Assembly: GCF_000711695.1 (NCBI RefSeq)
Contig: NW_013547020.1
Location: 1-64,000 of the forward strand
Direction: 5' to 3'
DNA: 64,000 nt
Source: Tilletiaria anomala UBC 951
Lineage: Eukaryota
Of this stretch, positions 39,159 through 51,306 are shown in pieces. The notes beneath the pieces were generated by a model. It saw only the letters and a list, made by a program, of their open reading frames with translations, searched no databases and had not been told where the DNA came from. Position numbers and translations under genes: made by a program. The first letter of the stretch is position 1. Every line of letters starts with the position of its first letter.

Positions 39159-41691
39159 ATGAGAATCGGAGCTATCTCAGCCAGCGCTCTTCGCAGAGCT
39201 GCTTTACAAGCCGACTCATCATCGCTTGTCTACTCGCATAGACATATATCGCGGAAAAAAGAAACATCTCCCTCCAATTTGCTTCGCATCTCGCCCGCAG
39301 TGCAGGATGCTCTCGCCACAAACAAGCCAGTGGTGGCACTCGAGTCGACCATCATCTCACACGGCCTGCCTTACCCCCAGAATATAGAGACAGCCCTTGC
39401 AGTCGAGGCAGCTATCATGGAAGAAGGCGGCATACCCGCGACAACAGCATTAATTGATGGATATGCACATGTCGGTCTAGATCGCGAACAGCTACAAAGG
39501 CTCGCCAACCCAGCAGATGGTGACAAACCAGTCAAGACCAGTAGGCGTGACATGGCGCAGGTGCTGGCGCTGGGACAGGGCGGTGTAGGCGGCACGACTG
39601 TGAGCGGCACAATGGTGCTGGCGAATATGGCAGGTATAGACATTTTTGCCACGGGCGGCATCGGAGGCGTACACCGGGGTGCTCAGGACTGTAAGGCTTG
39701 CGTGTCTGTTCAAGCTTCTGATGGTGTTGAACTCTACTCTCACACTCGTCTCAACCGTTCTGTCGTGTAGCTATGGACGTATCTGCCGACTTGACGGAGC
39801 TTTCTCGCACACCGGTGGCCGTGTTTTGTTCAGGTGCGAAATCTATCTTGGACATTCCACGGACCCTCGAATACCTTGAAACGCAAGGAGTAAGCGTCAG
39901 TGCTTTCCGCCAATCCTCGACTCCAGCCGCAAGGGAAAAAGAATCCGAAGCAATGGTAGACTTTCCAGCATTCTACAGTGCCCATTCGGGCTGTTCCGTC
40001 CCCCTCGTCCGCTCTGCATCACACGCAGCAAGCATCATCCACGCATCCAAGTCGCTCCTTGGTCTTTCGAGTGGGCTTGTTTTTGGCGTGCCTATCCCAA
40101 CCGAATATGACCCTGCAGGTCAAGCGATTCAGAGCGCCGTGGAGCAAGCAGTCAAGGAATCTATCGAGCTAGGCATCGACAAGAGAGGCAAGCAAGTCAC
40201 CCCTTGGCTCCTCAAGCGCGTCAAGGAACTGAGCACCGAGAGCGTCAAGAGTAACATTGCACTGGTCGTCAACAATTCTCGTGTCGCAGCAAGGACAGCC
40301 GTTGAGCTATGCCGGCTTCGGGAGGATCCTACCTCGAGTAGCAAGATTTACCTTTCTGCACAGCCTTCTCAGGTGAGCGCAAACCTGCTGTGCATCGATG
40401 GCTTTGCAATGCTGAGCGCGCGACTCCGCTTCCCCAACATCTCGCTCCGTAGGAAGGGTTGGAGCCACCAGCGATCGTCCTCTTTGGCGGGGTTGTGCTT
40501 GACGTGAGCGCAAAGCCAGCTCCTGGTGTGACAGCAAAAATCGCAGCGAAGACAACAGCAGCCGGAAGTGTGAGGCTCTCGCTCGGTGGAGTCGGTCGCA
40601 ACATGGCGCAAGCTGCACAGGGCGTAATACAAAATATGCCACACACTGGCGGGGAAGTGCAACTGGTGGCGCCGCTTGCGGACGACTCGACGGGGCATTA
40701 CGTGCGCACCGTTTGGGAAGGGGACACCAACGCGCTGCGTCTGGACGGTTTGTTTTCCTTGCGTCAGGGGCGCTGCCAAACTCCAACAGCCAGTCTACTC
40801 TTGAGGCAGGACGGTGACCTGCAGCAGGGCATCGTCGATACGTCTCTCTTGGAAGGAGCCTTCACCTCTCAGATCGTCGAGCGCTTCATGGCATCGAACC
40901 CATCGACCATCGGCTTTGACTCAAACATGTGCATTGATGCGATGGCGCACGTCCTCACTGCAAGCGCTCAAGCGGATGCATTTGTCCTATGCGAACCGAC
41001 ATCCGTGGCGAAGAGCTCGCGCGTGGTCCATGCGCTCCATCATGCTGGCTTTCTCGGCAAGCGACACGTCCTTGGAGGTGTGACACCAAACGTTCTCGAG
41101 CTGATGGAGATGCATGACGCTGCACAAGAGCTTCTGCTCGCACAACAACAACAGCTGCAGTTGCTACGACTCGGCGCAGTCGAAAAGCAAATTGCCGCTG
41201 GTCTCGTCGCGTCTAGCCTCCTGCCGGACACGAGAAGCGCAGAAGCAGCGCTGTCTGTTGCACGCCTCCTCGGGCCTCTCTTCCTGACGCTCGGTCCGCG
41301 CGGTGTACTTGCGGTCGTGCCTCGCTCCACGCCACTTGAAGGAGCTGTGGAGATCACGCACGTGCCTCCACCTACAATACTAGCTCCGTCATCTATCGTG
41401 AACACAACCGGTGCAGGTGACACTTTTGCAGGTGCGCTCCTCGCGCTGGTGCACCTACAATTCAGCGGCAGAGGCGTTGGCAATGAGAGCAGACGGCCGC
41501 GACAGCACCTTCTCAAAAATTGGCTCTCCTCACACGGCTCAGCAGGGCCTTCGGCTGTGCACGACTTGCTCTGCGCCGCACAATTTGCTGCCCTCGCGAC
41601 TTTGCAGAGCCACGGTGCAGTGGGCAATATGTGCGCGTTGCGCGGAGAAAAATCATTCTGGCGTGCTGTGGGGTCACAAGGGAAAGCGTAG
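39159..41691 (+). CDS. Bifunctional pseudouridine-5'-phosphate glycosidase (PsuG/IndA) - PfkB-family pseudouridine kinase; exons 39159-39690, 39771-40372, 40453-41691
   Basis: PVVALESTIISHGLPYP, GTTVSGTM, FATGGIGGVHRG, DVSADLTEL, GAKSILD, GKQVTPWLL, then GGVGRNMA and PfkB signature NTTGAGDTFAG. A phase-0 intron joins the domains. Confidence 0.92.
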
Positions 41692-41771
41692 ACCCGGGGT
41701 TTCCCGTGAGGTCACACATTTAGCATCTGTAACATAATGGCAAAGTATAAGGATGTTCTCCATTTGACCAT

Positions 41772-43213
41772 CTAAAGCTTGCTTTTGTTACTTCCGCCAT
41801 TGGCGGCCTTTGGCGGGAATTTGGGATCCGGCTTCACGCGCAGGATCGCCTTTCCCCATGTCTTGCGATTCTGCAAATCGGTCAGTCCACGCGGCAAGCT
41901 TTCCAGTCCCTCGTAGACAGGATCCATGACGACGGGAGTAGCCTTGCCGCTCCCGAGTAGCTCCAGCAAGGCTTGCCATACCGCAGGGATGCGATCCGCC
42001 TCGTTGGTCATGTAGGCGCCCCAATGGACGCCGACGATAGAGATGTTCTTGAGCAGAACGAGGTTCATCGGGGCTTTCTCGATTGTCCCGGCTGCAAAGC
42101 CGACGACGATGATCCGCCCGTTCCAAGCGACGACTTTCATGCTGGGTACAACGAGGCCGACTGGGTCGTAAATGACGTCACAGCCGTGTCCACCCGTGAT
42201 TTCTGGATGATCAGCACGAAGATGCCCAAAGAAGGTACCACAGTCAGCATGATCCCTTTCGAAAAATGCTGAGCAGACCGTCATGACCACGACCCAATAG
42301 CATCGCAAACGCACTTTTCACCTGCGCCTGCCAGTCTTTGTCGCGATAGTTGACCACATAGTCTGCCTTGCCGTGCTCCTTGCAGATCCTCAGCTTCTCC
42401 TCGCTACCGGCCGTTGCGATGGTCTTGGCGCCGAGCAACTTGCCAAGCTGTATGACGAGAGCATTCAGCATCATCGAGACGATTTTCTCGCTGTACGTGA
42501 TCCTTGGCCTCCAGCAAGACTCACAAGCAGCGCACTAATCCCCACACCGCCAGCACCAGCATGAACAAGAAGCCACTCTCCAGGCTGTACACTCGCACGT
42601 AGCTTGAGGGCTGCATATGATGTAGGCCACGTAATGTAGAGCCCTGCGGCTTGCTCGAAGGAAAGGCCGTCAGGAATCTCCAACAATGTCCAGTGGGGGG
42701 CTGCTACCTGCAAAATACAGAATACAGATATGGGAACAAAAGATGGTCAGGATATATACGAAGAGAAGAGCTTGACCAATCGGTCAATCGTTGAAGCTGA
42801 CCTTTTCGGCATACGCTCCCTGCGCCGAGCCAAAGACGCGCGTCTTGCCGGGAATGAAGTTGCATCCTTCGGGAATTGGGGAGTCTTTTGCGATGACGCC
42901 TGCGATTTCTGCGCCGAGAACGTATGGGTGCTCAGGTTGGTTCTGGTACTTTCCTGCTGCCATGAGAATATCGACTGAGAACATTCGAGGTGACCGAAGA
43001 GGAGGTACGCGGCCATTAGCGCGCTCCCAGTCCAGATACCCAGCCGAAGAAATGTGGGCAATCACACTCACAGAAGTTCAACCCGGCAGAATGGATGTCG
43101 ACAATGACATTGTCCTCATCTGGGGACACTGTCGGATCTGGTACGTCCGACTTGAGGCATTTACTAATGTCGCTGAGCTGCGTGTGCTCTTGGATCAAGT
43201 AGCCTTTCATCAT
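41772..43213 (-). CDS. NADPH:quinone oxidoreductase (zeta-crystallin-like MDR) with PTS1 (-SKL), 5 exons
   Basis: AGLNFFDIL..GKYQ, PYVLGAEIAG, TWPTSYAAL, LVHAGAGGVG, DVIYDPVG, VGFAAG, LLKNISIVGVHWGAY; ends NKSKL*. Confidence 0.92.
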
Positions 43214-44183
43214 GTCAATCGGGCTGCAGTTCGGTTTTGTAGGCAGCGGCAGCACCGGTGGCGGTCTGTAGGTAGACGGTGGAAGGGGGAAGTCGGCCCA
43301 AGCCTGGGAGGTAGTACATGCACACGTCGGACCCCGTTGTTCATCATCAGTGAACTGAACCCAAGCAAGCTGAGACTGGTGCATTCCATTTCATTCCATT
43401 CTCCCCGCACCCTGTCCTCATCCGGGAGTTGCGCAGCCGGACTGCCGGGGGAGGATGTGTGGGGGGCGGCGTACAACGAACTGTGTGGGGAACGGAATGT
43501 AGAAACCCTACATCCGTCGATGGAGCAGAAATTCGCATATTTTTGCTAAGTGACGGACACATTTGCAGTTACACGGTGAAAGAAGGGCAGTGTTACCCGG
43601 AACGCGTCTAAAACCCCCGCGCAGAAGCAGAAGCTTTCAAGACAAAGAGGTTCTACAGTCTCCATTCTCTATCTCCCATGTGTTGCCACTTTGTTGCCTC
43701 TGGTCCGCTATCCGTTGGCGTTCCGGTGTTGAGAAGGAAGCACCTCACTTGGCTTTGGAACAGGACAGAAAGGCAATGCGTTGCGTTGCTTAGCAATACA
43801 TGTGCATGCTCTGCTCTGCTTGGTTTGTAGTGTGATGGGATGATGATGCAGCATGGGCCAGGGAGAACATGTTGGCTGGTGATACATGATTTGCATGGTG
43901 TTCTGTCTTGTTGCTGATGAGGCTGTTTGGTCGAGTGTACGATGAACAAAAAGGCGAGGAGCCGACAAAAAGAGGACACAACGCGGATTGTCGAGCGTGT
44001 GGGCGTGAGTGTAAAGGAGGTAGGTATGTGTGCGATCGTAAAAGAAGGCGCTCGCGGCGGCGTCGAGTTGAAAGAAAGCAGGAAAACCAGAGGAACCGCG
44101 AGAGACGTGCGAACGTGAACAAAAGGTGAAGATGAGGGTGAAGGTGAGGTTCAGGTTGATAAAGAAGAGACGGCACCGCTCGC

Positions 44184-47100
44184 TTAGCCATCCATGACGA
44201 CATCCAGGTCGTCGCCCTGCTGACGTTGCTGCTGCTCGAGTGAACCACAGTCGCCGGCGCGCGCACGAGCGCTGCTGACGCTCGCAGTAGCATCCATGAG
44301 CGTTTCAAGCCCAGGCGGGACGCTGAGGAACTCGAGGTCGGACGAAGCGGAGCGCGCATGCAACAGACCGTCAAAGCGCGGGGCGGCAGCAGATGCCGAG
44401 CGAATGCCCTCATATCTGCTGGCGTCGGCGTGGTGATGGTCTCTGACGCTGGCACCACCGACACCGGCACCATCCTCGTCTATCGTCATACCGCCCGCCC
44501 GCGCAGAGACGCCGAGTGCGCTGAGTGGGCGCTCGATCGAGCTGCTGTCTGCCAGCCCTGCGCCCGCGGCCATCGCCATCACCATCATGTTGCGACGCGG
44601 AAGGAAAGCAGGTGAGGACGTGGAGGATGTAGCGGAAGGTGGGAGGAGGATGCCGGAACCACTGCTGACCGAGCGTGCGGGCGTGGCGTTGCAGAGCGAT
44701 CCGAGGCCGGAAGGACGGGCGTGCGCTTCGCGAAGAGGACGACGCGCGCTGATGCCTACGCCCATCATGCCGCCGCTTGCGCCATTTCCGCTGCCGCTGC
44801 CGAGGACGCTGCTGCCGCCGCCGCTGCTGAGAACGCCGTCGGGGCCATTGGCGCCATAGTTGAAGTTACCGCTGGCAAAGCGATGCAGCTGCCTCGCTGC
44901 AGGTGCACGCAGCGCAGAAAGCCTGCGCAAGCCGTCATCGTGGCTGCGGTACGCAGCAGCTGCTGAGTCTTCGCTGGGACCTGCGCTCGAGACGCCTGCG
45001 GACGATGCGGGGCTGGAGGGCGACAAGGCGCCGGACGCGAGCCCGGTGCTGGGATGGCGAAGCTCATGCACGAATGTCTCACCCTGCGACAAGCCACCGG
45101 AGGGCCAGAGTGTGCGCATCTGGTCGAAATCGCCGCGGCCAAAGGTGGCCTCGTTGTCGACGGTGGCGCCGGGCGTGGCGCGTCCGCCGAGTAGCTCTTC
45201 GGGTGGTCCATCGAATTGCGCAATCACGGGCGGCGGGAGCGGCCGGCCAGCAAGGTCGGTGCGCTGCGGTGGCATGGGCGGCACGCGAGGCGCATGCGCA
45301 TGTGGGTGCACATCATCGTCGTCGTCACCGCCGCCGCCACTGCCACTGCCGCTGCCGCCAGCGCCGCCGTTGCTTGCAGCGGAAAATACGTCGATGGAGC
45401 CTGCAGGCGACAAGGCGGAGTGATCGATCATGTCTGCGAGATTGGCGGTCGACGAGATGGAGTGGTGATGATCGAGTAGGAGCAAATCGTCCTCGCTCGC
45501 TTCGGATCCATCGGCCGTGGGTGTGGCACTGACGCTACCGCTGCCGCCATGGGCATGCATGCTGCTGCTGCGCATAGCACTGACGTGCGGCTGGTCGGCG
45601 GAATGGCGCGAGGCGCTGCTTGAGGGCAACGAGACGTCGAGGGTGGAGGATGCGAGCTGGCGCTGGCGCTCACGTTCACGTCTGCGCTCTGCACGCATCG
45701 CTGAGTCTTCGCCGCCGTGCCGCCGCGAGCGATGGCCGTGCTCGTGGCTGTGCCCGTTCCCGTTCCCGTGCGCGCTGCGGCGATGCTGAAGGTGATGCTG
45801 CGCGACGCCATCGTGTGTGGCAGCCGTCGGCGTCTCGGCCTCGGTGCCGCCGCCGGCGGACACGCCTTCTCGGTCCCTGTCCCGGTCGGCCTTCTCCTTG
45901 ACGTCGTCGTCGGAGCGCGCGGAGCACCAGAAGCGGTGTCCACTCTGCCATCCTCGCGACTGGCACTGCTTGCTGCAATACTTTGCCTTGCGGCAGCGCC
46001 GGCACTTTGCAAATTCGCGCGGGAAGCTCTCCCACTTTCCACACTGCATATTGGCGCACTGGCGGATGCCGCCGCGGCACTCGTCCTTGCGGCACGCATT
46101 GCGCATGATGACACCGGCCCAGTACTGAATCTCGGGCGCGAGCTTGGGGTGCGACGACGCCGACGCGTGCGACGAGCCGCTGCGCGAGGAGCGCAGCGTG
46201 AACTTTTCCGCGATGGAGAAGACATTCCGTCGGCATGCGGCTTCTGGAGTCCAGCTGACATTCGACTCGGTCATCGACGGGTGGGCACGCAGGTGCGCAA
46301 ACGAGTCCAGCGAGCCGGGCAGCGCTGCGCCGAGCACCTCCTCGTTGTGGAACATGTGGCGTACATGCGGGTATTTGGAAAGGTACGCGAGCAGCTGCAA
46401 GCTCAGCAGGACCTCCTCCTCGCGGTAAATCATCTCGCCGCTGGTAAGGATGTTGTTGCCGTTGCCGTTGCTGGTGCTGTTGTTGTGGCTGTTCGCGTGA
46501 AATGCGTGCGAGCCGTCATCGGCGGTGCCTGCGGCGCGGCTAGCAGCTCTGCGCTCGCTGCGTGCGGCTTGGCGCACAGTGTGGGTCGTCGACTCGCCAT
46601 CTGCGACACCATGCTGCTCATGCTGCTGCTGGTCGCCATCTGCCACGAGGCTGATGCCGCGTGAGCTAGATGGCGTTACAGTCTCCTGGCGCACAAGCGC
46701 GTTCGCCACGAGCGGCGGAGGCATCTCGTGCGCAGCGAGGGCCGCGAGTGTAATGCGCGCGGGCCTCGGCGTCCGGCGCTCGTCTGGGTCTTCGCTGTTA
46801 CCGTTACCGTTGCCGCTGTCATTGTCGCTTCCATTTCCGTTACCATTGCCGTTACCATTGCCGACAGCGACGAGGCCGCCTTGCCCGGAGTGCTGTGCCC
46901 CGTAGCTGCTGTTCAAGCCATGCGCTGTCGGTGGCAGTGGCGGCGGTACTACATCGACCATCAAGCTGCTGCGGCTGCTGCTGCTGCTGCTGCGGTGCGC
47001 AGCGTCACCATCGCTGTCGTCTGTGCTGACGCCGATCCCGTCCATGTCGACGTCATCCACATCCGCATCTACATCTACATCGGCACTTTCGCTGCCGCTG

Positions 47101-48154
47101 CCGCTGGCGCTGGCGTCTGCGAGCGAGCTGCTGCCATCGTGCTCGTGATCAAGCCCGTGGCTATGACGGTGATGATGGCGATGCTGCATCTGTAGGTCGT
47201 TGGCCGCATGTTGCAGCAGGTCGACGGCGGCGGTGTTGAGCGGCATGCCGCCGGCCATGTCCGGAAGCATCGACAGGCTCGCAGCGGCAGCGTCGGCAGC
47301 AGTGCCGCTGGCTACGTCGTCCGAACGGCCGGCACCGGCGACAAGGTGGCCGGAGATGAGCTGCTGTGCTTCCGGCGGTGTCGTCGGATGCGTCTCGGGT
47401 TCCGCCGGCGTTGGAACGGGGAAGGGTGCTGGCCGCTGTACGGCCGTGCCGGAGCGATGCGATCGTGACCTCAAGTTGGAAGAAGTCGAGGAAGAAGAAG
47501 TGTTGTTGCTGTTGTGCGAATCTGCTGCAGTCACAGCTGCTGCTGGTGGCACAGTACCATAGGCCGCTGCTGCGGTCGCAGCTGCTGCAGCCGCTTTCCT
47601 CGCCTCGTGCTCCTCCCTGCGCTTCTCCTCACGCCTTGCCTCTATGACGGCAAGGTGGCTCTCGAGGACCTTGACAGTGACGGGGATCATGCCAGCCTCT
47701 ACAACACGGGTGCGGACGGCCTCGCTGCCCCGAACACCAATGTTGACGACGCACTGGAATGCCAAGGACCACTTCCAGATGGCTTGCATCTCCTTGGTCG
47801 ACACGCCGCGGGAGGACGAGGCGGGCGCCTTGGGTACCTGGCGCAGGATGCGGATTAAGCGGTCGAGTCCGCCGTCGAGGGTGACCATCTCGCGGATGCG
47901 CGGCGAGGTTGAAGTGAGGTAGGCGAGGTGGTTGAGTGAGTTGATCAGCGGGAGCGTCGCCGTCGAGTCGATCGCTACGAGTAGGACGGGGAACGGGGTA
48001 TATGCGTGTGTAAGCACCTAACGAACCAAGGCGATGCAAGCAGCGGCTTGCAAGCTAGCAGAACAGTAGGCTTACCCCTTCGATCGTAGACGGCTGCGGT
48101 GATGCAGATGCAGGCCTTCCCCTGCGCAGGGTTACTAAAGTTAGACTGCCTCAT
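44184..48154 (-). CDS. MUB1: MYND zinc-finger protein SamB/Mub1; exons 48154-48076, 47974-44184
   Basis: MRQSNF..ACICITAAVYDRRAIDSTATLPLINSLNHLAYLTSTSPRIRE, WSLAFQCVVNIGVRGSE, SLQLLAYLSKY, YWAGVIMRNACRKD..GGIRQCA..C..CRRCRKAKYCSKQCQ..W..HRFWC. Confidence 0.93.
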
Positions 48155-48487
48155 GTTGGGCTAGCGAGGAATAACGTCCAAGACCAATGAATTCGTCTCT
48201 TCTGTCCTTGCTTTTTACGATGTCGGCGCGACTTCACGTAGACGTCTGCCTACTTTCTTTTCCTTTCCTTTCCTGTCCCTTCCTGTCCTGTCTTGTCCTT
48301 TACTTGTCACCCCTCTGGGACGAGCGAGCAAAAGATGTGGGCGGCGGGATGCTGCCGCACTGCTGCTTCCACTGTCGCTGCCGCTACCGCTACCAAACCC
48401 CCACCACCACGCAACTGCAGGCCGTATCTTACGCTGCAGCTCGGGAAGCGGCTGGGTTTTGAGTCTACGAGGATGACATGGCGAAGG

Positions 48488-48512
48488 GTGTGTGTGTGTG
48501 TGTGTTTGTGTG
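48488..48512. repeat. (TG)n microsatellite upstream of samB/MUB1
   Basis: gtgtgtgtgtgtgtgtgtttgtgtg. Confidence 0.8.
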
Positions 48513-51306
48513 GGTATAAACGACAACGGGTGCGGTGACTGGATGTGGGCGGGGATGATGGCGGGACGAATTGGCTGGCCGAGAGGTGGTGGTGGTGACT
48601 GCTGGTTGGATTCTATTGGGGATGGACCGCTAAGCTGGGCGCCAGGAGGGAGAGATGACTCGCACAGTAGGGTGGTCTGTTCTTTTTTTCTTTTTTCTTT
48701 TCCCCTTTCTTTTTTCCTTGCTCCTTTCTCCTCTCTCTCTGTGCAGGGCAGCGGTGCGCAGTCACAAGTCGCTTGAGCGTGTGCGATTGCGTGCGTACCA
48801 GGCGGGCGGGCGGCGGCTGTGGCAGGCTGGCTTGCCTAGCTGGTCTGGTCTGGCCTACGGGGCTGCTGACTTGGGAAAAGCCCGCTTTCCAATTGCAGCC
48901 AAATATCATATAAAAGAGGCGCGCACAGCAAGACTTATGTCTCTGATCAATGCAGGCGCGGACATGGCACCCCAGACGCAGGCTGACTCGATCCAAGCAA
49001 ACTAGCCAGCGTCGGCAGTGATAGACACGAGCACCTCCACAGACCCAGTCACAGCAGTACACACTCCATGTGATTGAAATACATACCTACAGCGTATACA
49101 CACATACACACTGTGCACAGTCGAGGTGACGTGTACGCATTCGCAAGCGCATCGACGGGCGTAGACGGTCTTCTAGTGCAACACACATACATCGAGTCTG
49201 GGAATCGCTGACGACGGGGCGGGCTTCATACATACTCCTACTCACTTTGGTCGAAATATGTACAAGTACATAGATGGCCCGTGCCAGCATCCAGGCCGAT
49301 CCACCAGACTGATAGGAGCGCCGAGTCCAAGTGTAGTGGGGGAAGCAAGCAGGTGCTGTTTGCTCGCACGCGTTCAGCGCACTACAGGCGGTTTCTGCGT
49401 TGCTGACTGCTAGCGAGGCGAGGGTTGTTACTTGTGAGCCGGTTAGGCGTCTGGCCAAACAGAAAGCGGGAGGGCGGGGGACTGGCGGGGACTGGCACTG
49501 CGTCACTCTGGCCTGCTGAGCATCGCTCGCCAAGCAAGCAGCATGCACAATCCCCTTCTTACCTCAACAGTAGTCTGCACCCCTGCAGCAGCAGGCGAAC
49601 TTTGATTACGCACTGCTCAGCCTCCCGAGGCTCCGCACCCACCCCCCTCCCCCGCGCCCCCGGTCCAATTCTCGGACTAAAGGGGAGGGCCACCTGGCAT
49701 TCATATCCAGTGATTGAATTATCCTTCGGATACGGCTGCTTTCCTGGTTTCTCTAGCCTGGACAGTCCTGGACGGGTCTGGACCTTACTAACCCGACCTC
49801 ATCACGTCTTTCTCCGACCACAGACTGGCCCGCGAAGCGCGAGCCGCCGCAAAGGAATGGCAGTAGAGCAGAGGAGAGCAGCTCTCGATCACTGGCGCTC
49901 GCCACGCAGAGCCTGTGCTTGTGCACTGCGCATCCATCAGCGGATGCGCTGGCATATCTGGCAATGAACGCTCCCGCACAAGGTATTCAACATATGTGCA
50001 AATACCCAAGAGCTGCATCGCAAGCAGCCGTAGAACACGACGTCGAACCGCTGTGTATGACCGGCATGGCAGTAGCCTGGCGATTACAGGGTGTGGAGTC
50101 GGCAGTGTGCACTGAGTGCATTGTGCGTGACCCGACGGACTGAAGATGACCTTTCGTATCCATAATTCATCGATGAGTCCTGCACAGTGCACACTGCACA
50201 CACTCCCTGCGCTCACTGCGCAAGCACGACGTCATTAGCTCGTTGCAGCTTTACCGGCTGACTTGTCTCGAATGTCGACGTCGAGACGCGCCTTTCTACG
50301 TCCTGTGGGCTGTGTCTGGACTGTGGCTTGCTGTGGCATGTAAGATACGAGTATGCACGTATACAGACACTCCAAAGGTCAAAGGGGATGGAAAAAAGTA
50401 GTCTGACAAACAAACAAGAATCGTTGCATTGTGGACTCATGGTAAACCGTAGATCGCAACGAGTGGAGTACGGCATATATGGGGCTGGAAGTTGGGGATG
50501 GAATGACTGATTCACTGGTGACAAGAATATCGGTGCTGAGTAGATCACCTGCTTTGTATACCGTATAATGAAGAGTAACGGGTAACGGATGCTCCCTCGC
50601 CTATACTGATTCATGGTGTGGTGAACGCGCTCCTCGTCGCGTACGCCGCAGACATACGCACATGACCGTGGCAGACGAGCAGACCTTGTCCTCCGTACGA
50701 CGGTTGCATCAGGTCTACTGTATGTATCTCGTTGAAGTCTGCATTCTGAAATCAGAGTCCAGAAAAGATGGGGACAGGATGCGCTCTTTCTTGCTGCGTG
50801 CGTACGTTTGTATGTGACGTGGACAGCTACAATACCCCTCGGGGAAAAAGGGGAAAGGAAAGAGAAGGACGAAAACCCGAATTGGATCATGGCGAGGCTG
50901 TATGTATGGATGGATGGGTGTGTGTATGGAATGCTCGGATGAAGTATATCTGCGAAGACGAACCTGGACTGTCTATTGGAGTTTATACGAAGGTCAATGT
51001 GCGTATGTATGGTTGCACTGCGAATGTGATTGCTTGCCTTTCTTGGGAGATCGAGTACTGCAAAGGGTCGGCTTGGGAAGAGCTATCGGAGGCGGCGAGA
51101 ACGAGTGTCGGTCTTGTGAAGCCAAAGTGGTATGATGATGAGGACGATGACGATGCGGGTGATGATGAGGAGAAGCTATGGATGAGATAGCTGAGCTCCT
51201 CATTGGAATCAGCTTTGCTATGTCGTGAAAGCGGTTCGCGGGCGTGAAGAGGTTCGTTTCAAAATCGTAAGCTGAGAGTGTAGGGACATATCTCAAATAC
51301 CTGGCC

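Noticed and set aside
46790..47085. Hexamer repeats in MUB1 (NG and DV runs)
   Set aside because: Ordinary coding microsatellites in a disordered region; not CRISPR-like or structured.
48200..51300. Short ORFs here and in other intergenic regions (13.9-16.4 kb, 55.4-57.4 kb)
   Set aside because: No homology cues or consistent exon chains; they look like UTR/promoter sequence. Small genes or ncRNAs cannot be excluded without RNA data.
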